A stretch of DNA of 64,000 nt from a virus (lineage: Duplodnaviria > Caudoviricetes), in the IMG/VR virus record IMGVR_UViG_3300021431_000096, positions 29,360 through 93,359 of that record. The stretch is one strand, 5' to 3'. Of this stretch, positions 1 through 8,328 are shown in pieces. The notes under the pieces were generated by a model. It saw only the letters and a list, made by a program, of their open reading frames with translations. It was not told the origin of the DNA and searched no databases. The translations under genes were made by a program, and so were the position numbers. The stretch's first letter is position 1. The number at the start of each line of letters is the position of its first letter.

Positions 1-2
1 AT

Positions 3-407
3 CAAGACGGATTCCGCCTGAACGCCAGCAATGGTCTGCAGCGATACGACTCGCGTAACGGATGGGGTCCGATGTTTGCCGGGCGCCGCGTGGACAAGGT
101 AACTGCAGCAAAGACGCTCGACGATACCTATGACTTCATTATCGCCGACCCGTCGAACTATTCCGGCGGTTTCACCATCACCCTGCCATACAATCCGCCC
201 GACGGAAAAATCATCACTATACAGTGTACGAGTTATGATCGTTGGGTGGACGTACAGCGGAACACGATTGGCTACATCAAGGTGCTCGGACAGGCATCGG
301 GACTGCCAGCCAATACCTTCGTGAAGGTGAGGATATCCAACTTCGAGCGAGGCGAGTTCGTCGCTTTCGGCGGCAACTGGTATGCAACGAAGTCGGCTTG
401 GGATTAA
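3..407 (+). CDS. C-terminal fragment of a tail/baseplate-associated protein (truncated by window start)
   Basis: Frame of ORF 72..407 stays open back to position 3; beta-rich C-terminus (ITLP...GKIITI...GNWY) of the kind seen in phage tail proteins. Confidence 0.5.
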   Translation, partial: QDGFRLNASNGLQRYDSRNGWGPMFAGRRVDKVTAAKTLDDTYDFIIADPSNYSGGFTITLPYNPPDGKIITIQCTSYDRWVDVQRNTIGYIKVLGQASGLPANTFVKVRISNFERGEFVAFGGNWYATKSAWD

Positions 408-445
408 TAAAAATCGGTCTTGCGGGGCGGCCCTCGAGGCCCATT

Positions 446-479
446 GTCCCAAAATTTTTCGGGCACGACACTAAATTTG
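446..479 (+). promoter_or_regulatory. Phage-type promoter GTCCCA-N20-TAAATTTG
   Basis: GTCCCA 446-451, Bacteroidetes -7 box TAnnTTTG 472-479; one of 13 copies. Confidence 0.7.
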
Positions 480-515
480 TCGGTAGAAAACGCGGGCGGT
501 CGGCAGAGAGTCCCC

Positions 516-611
516 GCAGGTGGTACGACGTATCACATGGCGGCTGGCACGACGGAACACCTCGCAGGTGATACGACGTAGCACCCGGCAGGTGGCACGA
601 CGGACGCGCCG
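516..611 (+). repeat. 4 x 24-bp imperfect tandem repeat (GCAGGTGGYACGACG core)
   Basis: ACGACG at 525, 549, 573, 597. Confidence 0.85.
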
Positions 612-658
612 CAGACAGAAAAAAAAGAATATTCACCAACAACAAAAAAGTAACAATT

Positions 659-1237
659 ATGATTGACATTAACATTTACGTGAATCAGGGCGTCGAGGCA
701 TTCGGCACGACCGGACGGACGCTCACCGTGAACGAACTGCCCAAGGAAGTCTCGCTCGACTTCGTGGCCGAGGAGCTGCACCACAAGATGCGCCATCTGG
801 AGAAGGACGACATCACGATGGTGCTGTCGCGCTTCCTCGACGTGGCGGCACGCATGATGGCCGAGGGATTCGGCATCCAGTACACCAACACCAAGGAGGC
901 CGTGATGATGCGACTCTACACCGACGCCCGGCTCGACCTGCCGACGAAGAGCATCAACCTGCAGAAGGCGCAGGAGCTGATGCCCGACGTCGTTCACACC
1001 GAGCAGGACATGGTGGACCATGCCGTCGAACTCGTGGCGATGGTCGGCGTCAGGCTGCGCCCCTACGTCGAGGTGAAGCAGAAGTTCCATGAACTGCTGG
1101 CCGACTACAAGCCGAAGTATCAGGTGAAAGATACCGTTGAGCGGGCCTACGTGGAGAAGAAGGACGGCTCGGGCTCCGGCTCCGACGATAACGGCGGCTC
1201 TGATGACAACAACGGCGGCGACTCGCTGGAAGGATAA
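659..1237 (+). CDS. Bacteroidetes HU/IHF-related DNA-binding protein
   Basis: Size, HU-like helical N-half (LDFVAEEL...DITMVL...MAEGF) and G/D-rich tail ending LEG, as in 58190..58693. Confidence 0.55.
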   Translation: MIDINIYVNQGVEAFGTTGRTLTVNELPKEVSLDFVAEELHHKMRHLEKDDITMVLSRFLDVAARMMAEGFGIQYTNTKEAVMMRLYTDARLDLPTKSINLQKAQELMPDVVHTEQDMVDHAVELVAMVGVRLRPYVEVKQKFHELLADYKPKYQVKDTVERAYVEKKDGSGSGSDDNGGSDDNNGGDSLEG

Positions 1238-1362
1238 ACCAAAACACAGAGATACATAGACACAGAGATTAAAGAAAGAAAAGCTCTGTACCTCTGTACC
1301 TCTGTGTTGAAAAAAAGTAATCATAAAGCTCAAAGTTCAAAGTTCAAAGCTCAAAGTCCACT

Positions 1363-2880
1363 ATGGCAGTATCAGATGATTTCCGCAAGCAATGGCTCGA
1401 AATGGAGGAGCAGTACGGCAAGAACATCGAGCTGGGCGACATCCAGAAGATGGAGGTCGGCCAGGTCGACGAGACCGTCTCCATGCCCGCCGTGAAGTTC
1501 ACCGACCAGACGCTCACCGTCTTCCAGGAGTACCGTCACGTGCCGATGAACACGTTCATGAAGCCCATCACCGACAAGGTGGCCGAGGCCGAGACGCGAG
1601 TGACAAAACTGGAAAGCGACGTCAGCACCGCCGTCACCCAGGCCAATGCCGCCCGCGACAATGCCAACAACGCTGCCGGGCGCGTGGACACCAGTATTGC
1701 CAATGCCAATGCTGCCGCCGCCACCGCCAACGCCGCCGCGCAGAACGCCGACTCCTCCCGTCAGGCCATCGAGGCCAACGAATCGACGCGACAGACCAAC
1801 GAATCGACGCGCCAGTCGCAGGAATCTACACGCCAGAGTCAGGAGGCCACACGTCAGGCTCAGGAATCGACGCGGCAGTCGCAGGAATCCACCCGTCAGA
1901 GTCAGGAGTCCGCCCGTGAGACTCGTGCCACCAGCGACCACAACCGTGCCGAGACTGACCATACCACTGCCACCACGGATCACTCGACGGCTACCAGCGA
2001 CCACAGCCGCGCCGAGACCGACCACACCGCCAGCGTCAGCGCCACCAGCGAGGCGTCGAACGTCAATGCGCAGCTGGAGGGCATGACCGTGACCATCACC
2101 AACCGCAGCGGCGTGCAGACGAGCGTGAACATCGGCTTCGAGATTTACCGCACCTACACGTCCGTCGCAGCCATGCAGGCCGACGCCGCCAACGTGCCGC
2201 AGGCCAAGTTCGTGATAATTGCCACCACCGATGCCACCGACCCCGACAACGCGAAGCTCTACGCCAAGAACGCCGCAGGAGGCTTCACCTTCCTCAGCGA
2301 CCTCGACCAGGCATCGAGCGCAGCCTTCGCCGACTGGCTGGAGAACTACAAGCCCGTCATCGAGGCCGACCACACGCAGGCAGGACTCGACCATCAGCAG
2401 GCTGTCAGCGACCACTCGACTGCTGCCAGCGACCATACGCAGGCCGGCACCGACCATGCCCGCGCCGAGAGCGACCACACCACGTCGCAGACCGCCTCCG
2501 GCTATGCCAACGAGCAGGGCGACTATGCCAAGAACATGGCCGACCACCCCGCCTACCTCGCCGACGGCACCGCCGCCCATCCAGGCGATGCTGGCTATCT
2601 CTACACGTGGGACTACGCCCGGCAGCAGTATGTGAAGGGCGCACGCATTTCGCTCGACTTCGATTCGATGACGCCCGAGCAGAAGGAAGAGTTGGCTGAT
2701 GCCGTACTCGCCGCCATCGGATTCGACACCGTTCCGACGGAAAACTCCGACAAGGCCGTTACCAGCGGCGGGCTATATATCGCATTTCAGAATGTCAATA
2801 CCGCTCTCGCCGGCAAACAGGACACGCTGACGTTTGCCACCGACGCAACCTGCGAGGCCATCATCGACGAACTCGTCTAA
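1363..2880 (+). CDS. Coiled-coil fibre/tail-associated virion protein
   Basis: ESTRQSQ and DHxxAxx heptad repeats, PTENSDKAVTSGG and KQDTL fibre motifs, high GC3. Confidence 0.65.
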   Translation: MAVSDDFRKQWLEMEEQYGKNIELGDIQKMEVGQVDETVSMPAVKFTDQTLTVFQEYRHVPMNTFMKPITDKVAEAETRVTKLESDVSTAVTQANAARDNANNAAGRVDTSIANANAAAATANAAAQNADSSRQAIEANESTRQTNESTRQSQESTRQSQEATRQAQESTRQSQESTRQSQESARETRATSDHNRAETDHTTATTDHSTATSDHSRAETDHTASVSATSEASNVNAQLEGMTVTITNRSGVQTSVNIGFEIYRTYTSVAAMQADAANVPQAKFVIIATTDATDPDNAKLYAKNAAGGFTFLSDLDQASSAAFADWLENYKPVIEADHTQAGLDHQQAVSDHSTAASDHTQAGTDHARAESDHTTSQTASGYANEQGDYAKNMADHPAYLADGTAAHPGDAGYLYTWDYARQQYVKGARISLDFDSMTPEQKEELADAVLAAIGFDTVPTENSDKAVTSGGLYIAFQNVNTALAGKQDTLTFATDATCEAIIDELV

Positions 2881-2887
2881 CGTCGTT

Positions 2888-2920
2888 GTCCCATTTTCGC
2901 AGAAGCATTTTGTAACTTAG
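2888..2920 (+). promoter_or_regulatory. Phage-type promoter GTCCCA-N19-TAACTTAG (one mismatch in -7 box)
   Basis: Same spacing as the other copies, 24 nt before ATG 2944. Confidence 0.6.
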
Positions 2921-2943
2921 CATCAGCAAAAGTACAAAGGAAT

Positions 2944-3642
2944 ATGGTAACGACAATCAACATACCAGTGGTGCCGCCGGGGACGGATTTGAAGTTCCGC
3001 GTGACGGTGACAAAGGAAAACTTCGACCTGACACGCGACCCGTTCAACATCGTCATCAAGAACAGTTGGGGTCGCGTGGTGGCCCGCTTGCTGAAGAGTG
3101 ACTGCTATCAGGACTCTGAGGGCCGCTGCTATTTCAATATAGATAATGTAAAGGAGGGCGAGTACATGGCCGTGTTCGTCGGTGCCTATGCCGATGCCGA
3201 CTACGCCAAGCAGCATCGCATGTGGAACGACCGCCAGCCGCTCTACATCGGCAGCAACGACTGCGAGACCACGAAGCGGCACTGCTGCGACGGGCATCCC
3301 GTCGAGTATGAGCAGATATGGACGGTGAACGTCAGCGACGGCGAGTATCTGGCCGACAGCGACGGCAACTTTGTCTATACCTCCGACGGCCAGCGCATCT
3401 CGTTCAGCGACCGCTCGACTGCTGACGGTAAGGTGCGCCTCTCGATGACTGGCGACGAGTTTCTCAAGCTCATCGAGGGCCGCGAACCAAACAGCGAGGT
3501 GAACACCATTCCGGAGATGATGGACGTGATGCGCGGCATCACTGACGACGAGACCATCCCGCAAAAGATTCAGCAGGAAATCGACGGGAGTCAGGAGGAG
3601 AATGAGGCGAGCGACGCCGACATCGACAGCATTTTCGACTAA
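2944..3642 (+). CDS. Putative virion protein with C-terminal DIDxIF motif
   Basis: Long ORF with phage codon bias; ends ASDADIDSIFD. Confidence 0.6.
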   Translation: MVTTINIPVVPPGTDLKFRVTVTKENFDLTRDPFNIVIKNSWGRVVARLLKSDCYQDSEGRCYFNIDNVKEGEYMAVFVGAYADADYAKQHRMWNDRQPLYIGSNDCETTKRHCCDGHPVEYEQIWTVNVSDGEYLADSDGNFVYTSDGQRISFSDRSTADGKVRLSMTGDEFLKLIEGREPNSEVNTIPEMMDVMRGITDDETIPQKIQQEIDGSQEENEASDADIDSIFD

Positions 3643-3654
3643 AAAAATAACGAT

Positions 3655-3957
3655 ATGGCAACGACAGACAAATATCCAAGCTACCTGCCCGAGGACTTCA
3701 AGGGACTGGAGTCGATTCAGGAGGGCAACCAGCGGTACTACTATAAGACGGTGGACGGGCAGAATCTGCTCATCGGCGCTATCGTCGGCAAGCGGCATTT
3801 GGTGATCCGCTTTCCCGAGGGTTCGACTATCGACGTGATTCCGAAGGACTCGGTCGGCACGGACGAGATCAAGGACGGCGGCGTGCATCAGGAGGATCTT
3901 GACCCAAACATCGAGGCCGCCGATGACGACATCGACAATATTTTCAATAATCAATAA
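3655..3957 (+). CDS. Small putative virion protein with C-terminal DIDxIF motif
   Basis: Ends AADDDIDNIFNNQ. Confidence 0.6.
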   Translation: MATTDKYPSYLPEDFKGLESIQEGNQRYYYKTVDGQNLLIGAIVGKRHLVIRFPEGSTIDVIPKDSVGTDEIKDGGVHQEDLDPNIEAADDDIDNIFNNQ

Positions 3958-3963
3958 GGCGAT

Positions 3964-4263
3964 ATGAACAAGACAAAGGAATTGGAACTTTTCAAAATGT
4001 CCGACGGGTTCTGGGCAGGACACCAGACCGCAGACGGAAAACGCATGAAGGCGGGCGCTCACAAAATCACCGCCGAGGAAATCATGACGATGTTCACCGA
4101 GTTCTTTCAGGACTACTGCAAGGAAACTGGCGAGTCGAAGCTGCTGATGCAGGACGGAAGCGGCAGACTGTTCGTCACGATGCGGGTGCCAGACAAGCAG
4201 GCAGAAAAGCCGAAGAAGTCCGCACAAAAGCCAGCACACAAGAAGCGCAAGGCTAAGAAATAG
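3964..4263 (+). CDS. Hypothetical protein with Lys-rich C-terminus
   Basis: ORF in operon context. Confidence 0.55.
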   Translation: MNKTKELELFKMSDGFWAGHQTADGKRMKAGAHKITAEEIMTMFTEFFQDYCKETGESKLLMQDGSGRLFVTMRVPDKQAEKPKKSAQKPAHKKRKAKK

Positions 4264-4356
4264 CCCGCACACCAACCAACAATATCCAACACAAGATAGA
4301 ATGAGACTAAATCTCAGCATAGTTCACTGATTTATTAACTAAAATTTGTTTGCATT

Positions 4357-5328
4357 ATGGCAATTACAAATCCAACCAAGTACGTTTCCGTACAAAGACT
4401 GAGCCGCTTCGAGGCTAAGCTCGCTCAGAAGTATCAGACACAGGCCATCACCGCCATCACTGGTCTGAATGCAGAAACCGTAGAGGCCGCTCTGGCTGAG
4501 TTGCTCGGCAAGATCAACGCGCTCCCCAGCGCCATCATCCCCAAGGGCTCCAAGGCTTTCGCAAGCCTCGCTCCCTCGACCGACCTGGCTGCTGCCAACC
4601 TCGGCTTCATGTGGAACATCACGGACGCCTTCACCACCACAGCCGACTTCGCCGAGGGCGCTGGCCACAGCATCCCCGCTGGAGCCAACGTGTATGTGGC
4701 CAACGTAGGCACCGCCGCTGAGCCCGTCTACAAGTACGACATCTTCGCCGGCATGTACGACCTCTCAGGCTACGCCCTGAAGAGCGAGATGTCTATCACC
4801 GACGGTGAGGGTGCCGACGCCGACAAGACCACTATCCAGCTGAAGAGCGGTCTGTCGAAGCAGGTGCTCATCGCCCACCAGGACATCAGCGGCAAGGCCG
4901 ACAAGGTGGCTTCTGCTACCAGCGGCAACCTCGCCGGACTGGACGGCAACGGCAACCTGACCGACTCTGGCATCGCAGCTACTGACGTGGCTACTATCGA
5001 CGCCGACGCCGTGGAGGGCAACATCGCCGAGTTCGACGCCAACGGCAACCCCGTGGACAGCGGTCACGCACTCTCTGAGTACAAGACCAAGCAGACGGCT
5101 GTGGCTGATGCTGACGCCACCACCAGCGGCAACGACACGACCTTCGTGGACAGCGTGACACAGGACACCAACGGCGAGATCTCCGTCCACAAGAAGACCG
5201 TTCCCAACGTGTCTGCCTCTACCTCTGGCGCAGGCGGCACCAACGGCCTGATGCTCGCCACCGACAAGGAGAAGCTCGACCTGCTGCTGGAGTGCTCCGA
5301 CGACGACATCGACAGCATCTTCGCGTAA
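4357..5328 (+). CDS. Head/tail fibre-like protein
   Basis: HQDISGKADK, GNLAGLDGNGNLTDSG repeats and GLMLATDKEKLD, motifs common in phage fibres; ends DDIDSIFA. Confidence 0.7.
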   Translation: MAITNPTKYVSVQRLSRFEAKLAQKYQTQAITAITGLNAETVEAALAELLGKINALPSAIIPKGSKAFASLAPSTDLAAANLGFMWNITDAFTTTADFAEGAGHSIPAGANVYVANVGTAAEPVYKYDIFAGMYDLSGYALKSEMSITDGEGADADKTTIQLKSGLSKQVLIAHQDISGKADKVASATSGNLAGLDGNGNLTDSGIAATDVATIDADAVEGNIAEFDANGNPVDSGHALSEYKTKQTAVADADATTSGNDTTFVDSVTQDTNGEISVHKKTVPNVSASTSGAGGTNGLMLATDKEKLDLLLECSDDDIDSIFA

Positions 5329-5340
5329 TCTCTCTATCCC

Positions 5341-5375
5341 AGGTCAGCAGGGTTCGACTCCCTGCTGGCTTGCCA
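5341..5375 (+). ncRNA. tRNA-like minihelix (acceptor stem + T-arm + GCCA)
   Basis: AGGTCAG-CAGGG-TTCGACT-CCCTG-CTGGCTT-G-CCA; no D or anticodon arm. Confidence 0.5.
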
Positions 5376-5398
5376 AACATTTTAAAACATCAAGAGAT

Positions 5399-5536
5399 AT
5401 GGCACTAACAAACGAAACAAAGTACGTGACCGTGCGACGGCTCAATCGGTTCCGTAACAAACTGAGGGCAGAACTGCCGAGTACGACCGTTGCATCCGAC
5501 GCCACCTGCGAGGCCATCGTCGACGAACTCGTCTGA
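5399..5536 (+). CDS. 45-aa motif-only adaptor peptide (not in ORF track)
   Basis: MALTNETKYVTVRRLNRFRNKLRAELPSTTVASDATCEAIVDELV*; N-half matches the N-terminus of 4357..5328, C-half matches the C-terminus of 1363..2880. Confidence 0.75.
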   Translation: MALTNETKYVTVRRLNRFRNKLRAELPSTTVASDATCEAIVDELV

Positions 5537-5574
5537 CGCCGTGACATTTGTATAACCAATAAAAAGAAAAGAAT

Positions 5575-6480
5575 ATGGCAGATGAATTAGAGAACAACGG
5601 CCAGCAGGTGCAGGGCACCAGTGGCCATGAGAGCGAGACCGTCAGCGTCGGCGGCCTGAAAGCCTCGCTGCAGAAACTGAAGACCGACCACATCGACACG
5701 AAGTACACGAAGCCGTCAGGCGGCATTCCGTCCACGGATATGACCTCGGCGGTGCAGTCGTCCCTTGGCAAGGCCGACGCCGCCAAGGCACTCCTCGACG
5801 ACATCGTGCCCGCACAGGCGTCGGATCAGAACCAGCTTGCCGACAAGAGCTTTGTCAACTCGTCGGTTTCGACGGCAACGGCCACCCATCGCGGCACGTT
5901 CAACCTCGTCAGCGACCTCTCGCTGACCGTTTCGGCCACGCAGTCGCAGATTGCCACCGCACTCGGCACCGCCATCCAGACGGCAGACAACAACGACTAC
6001 GCCTTCGTACAGGTGCCGACGGCCGACGACAATCCGACGGAGATTGCCCGCGTGGACCGCTACAAGCATAACGGCACGGCATGGGCGTTCGAGTACAGTC
6101 TGAACAACTCTGGCTACACCGCCGCGCAGTGGGCAGCCATCAACTCGGCCATCACCAGCGCGAAGGTGAGCGGATATGACTCGCACGTTGGCAACTCCGA
6201 TATTCACGTGACCACGCAGAACAAGACGGCGTGGAACGCCAAGTACGACAAGCCCAGTGGCGGCATACCAAAGACAGACCTTTCCAGCGGCGTGCAGTCA
6301 TCCCTGGATAAGGCCGACGCTGCCGCCCCGCAAAGCACCACCTACTCGAAGACCGAGGTCGACCAGAAGTTCGACGAGTTCGCTGGTCCGACCTACGATC
6401 CCGCCACGCGGGCCATCATCTTCCCCGCCACGGCGAAGGTGTCATACGACGCCGCCAACCGCGCCGTCGTCTTCGGATAA
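5575..6480 (+). CDS. Fibre-like virion protein
   Basis: Two KYxKPSGGIPxTDxxSxVQSSLxKAD repeats, YSKTEVD motif, C-terminal YDxAxRAxxF repeats. Confidence 0.65.
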   Translation: MADELENNGQQVQGTSGHESETVSVGGLKASLQKLKTDHIDTKYTKPSGGIPSTDMTSAVQSSLGKADAAKALLDDIVPAQASDQNQLADKSFVNSSVSTATATHRGTFNLVSDLSLTVSATQSQIATALGTAIQTADNNDYAFVQVPTADDNPTEIARVDRYKHNGTAWAFEYSLNNSGYTAAQWAAINSAITSAKVSGYDSHVGNSDIHVTTQNKTAWNAKYDKPSGGIPKTDLSSGVQSSLDKADAAAPQSTTYSKTEVDQKFDEFAGPTYDPATRAIIFPATAKVSYDAANRAVVFG

Positions 6481-6516
6481 GCAGTACAAGTATTCACTCA
6501 TTAATTTATAAGCATT

Positions 6517-7926
6517 ATGGCACAGGAATTTGACATTTTGAAAATCGGAGGCGTTCCCATCAACGCCTGCGACGTCGTGGCACGCCAGCGCATCGACGAG
6601 CTGGCAGCAGCCAGCGGCGTGACCTACTTCGGCCGCGTGTGGAACCTCCAGAACTCCACGCCCGTGGCCGACCACTACATCGGCAACCTCGCCTTCGGAC
6701 AGCAGCTGCCCGAATGGCTCGGACTGGGCTGCTACATCGTGAAGAACGACCACAGCCGTAAGAAGCTGATGGCCGACAACCATTATAAGTACGAGAACGG
6801 TGCTCCCGCCAAACTGGATGGTACAGAAGGCCATTACCAGTGGGGATGGGGCAAGAAGTTCTATATCGTGGTGAAACAGCAGGGCGACGAGCTGGCGCTG
6901 ATTATTGCCAAGGGCAAGATTCCCGGCGAGGTGAACTACACCATTCCCGTGGCCTCTGAGTCTGCGGCTGGATGGGCTACGATGGAACGCAGCACTGGTA
7001 AGCTGGTAAGCTACATCAATATGGGTGCCGACTACCGTGGTGGTAACAACGACAGCAGTCGTGACGGACAGTATAACACTATGCTCGGACGCCCTGCATC
7101 TTCTATGACTACCAACGCATTCCTGACTGCCGCCCGCCTGAATGGCGACGGATGGCTGGGTGCAAGTATGCGCTTTGACTGCGTGAAGGCCATACTCTTC
7201 TACGTCATCTTCGGTAACCTGAACGTACAGGCCGCCTATAATGCCAATAAGGACGCCAATGGACTGTATCAGGGCGGACTTGGTACTGGTCCTACCAATG
7301 CAGGCGGTTGGTGGGGAGCCAACTGGGACTATTATCCCGTGTTCCCACTGAGTGCAGGTATAGAGTTGGGCGACCGTTGTGGCGTGTTCAACTATGTAGT
7401 GAAGGACGGTGAGGACAATACGTTGCAGACCATGCAGGGTACCTGTTTCTTCGGATTGAAGAACGGCATGGGCGGTATCATGTGGAAGATGATGACCGAC
7501 GAGTTGCTGCAGTGTAATGAGGATAAGAGTCAGACGCACCTGATAGCCGAGAAGATTTGTAAGGTGGACGGCAATTACACCTACAGCATCGGCAACAGCG
7601 CTACGGGCTTTAAGGTTGGTGGTACCACACCTGCTTATGAGAGTGCTGCATGGAACAGTATCAGCCGCGTGCTCTTCAAGAATCTTGAGCTGCTGCCTAT
7701 CGGTGTCGGTCAGACCAATCGCTTCAGCGATGATTATTACAATCCTGCTATAACCTCCGGGTTCCGTCTTGTGCTCCGTTCCGGCTCTCTGGACCATGGT
7801 GGTCGGTGTGGCCTTTCGTTTGTCCTTGGTTACATTGGTGTCGGGAATGCCTATGCGTACGGCGGGTCGTCGCTCTGCGAAGTGACCGAGGAGTGGAGCG
7901 TGGACGGAGAGTACGTCGAGGTCTAA
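6517..7926 (+). CDS. DGR target protein, probable receptor-binding protein with C-terminal CLec-like variable region
   Basis: VR lies in the last ~57 codons (GFRLVLRSG...GSSLC); last gene of the fibre module. Confidence 0.85.
   Translation: MAQEFDILKIGGVPINACDVVARQRIDELAAASGVTYFGRVWNLQNSTPVADHYIGNLAFGQQLPEWLGLGCYIVKNDHSRKKLMADNHYKYENGAPAKLDGTEGHYQWGWGKKFYIVVKQQGDELALIIAKGKIPGEVNYTIPVASESAAGWATMERSTGKLVSYINMGADYRGGNNDSSRDGQYNTMLGRPASSMTTNAFLTAARLNGDGWLGASMRFDCVKAILFYVIFGNLNVQAAYNANKDANGLYQGGLGTGPTNAGGWWGANWDYYPVFPLSAGIELGDRCGVFNYVVKDGEDNTLQTMQGTCFFGLKNGMGGIMWKMMTDELLQCNEDKSQTHLIAEKICKVDGNYTYSIGNSATGFKVGGTTPAYESAAWNSISRVLFKNLELLPIGVGQTNRFSDDYYNPAITSGFRLVLRSGSLDHGGRCGLSFVLGYIGVGNAYAYGGSSLCEVTEEWSVDGEYVEV
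7755..7875 (+). repeat. DGR variable repeat (VR)
   Basis: 15 mismatches to TR over 121 bp, every one opposite an A in TR. Confidence 0.95.
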
Positions 7927-7983
7927 GGATTACGATGTGGTCAATGTGTTCAACAGGTGACAAAGGTTAACAAAAAGGGGGCA

Positions 7984-8013
7984 AGCACGCCCCGCCCCAA
8001 AGCGGGGCGTGCT
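7984..8013 (+). promoter_or_regulatory. GC-rich hairpin/cruciform downstream of VR
   Basis: AGCACGCCCCGC-cccaaa-GCGGGGCGTGCT, perfect 12-bp stem; DGR target-recognition hairpins lie downstream of VR. Confidence 0.65.
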
Positions 8014-8052
8014 CCCCTTCGCTCTAAAAAACATGGTAGCTCTCGTTAAAGA

Positions 8053-8173
8053 CTCCGGGTTCCGTCTTGTGATCCGTTCCGGCAATCTGAACAATGGTGG
8101 TCAGTGTGGCCTTTCGATTGTCAATGGTAACAATGGTGTCGGGAATGCCAATGCGAACAACGGGTCGTCGCTC
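8053..8173 (+). repeat. DGR template repeat (TR)
   Basis: 23 adenines, mostly in AAC/AAT codons; constant 298-bp offset from VR. Confidence 0.95.
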
Positions 8174-8328
8174 ATCTTTATTGGAATATTCAAAAATATA
8201 CATTGGACGACGAGAGTGCCACGCCTCATGGCGGAAAATAAACTGGGGGTGCAAGTGTTGGTAGGCTCACGCGGAAGGACCGTAACAGAGTGCGAAGACA
8301 GGAGCATCTAATGAATAAAGCAGAATAG

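Noticed and set aside
516-611. CRISPR mini-array (also considered for 14116-14190 and 27850-28105)
   Set aside because: The units are contiguous degenerate tandem repeats with no spacer-length unique sequence, and there are no cas genes
5341-5375. Full tRNA gene
   Set aside because: No D arm or anticodon arm; upstream sequence is the end of a CDS
8009-8311. ORF spanning TR as a real gene or avd
   Set aside because: It is the Asn-rich translation of TR and bears no resemblance to the four-helix Avd
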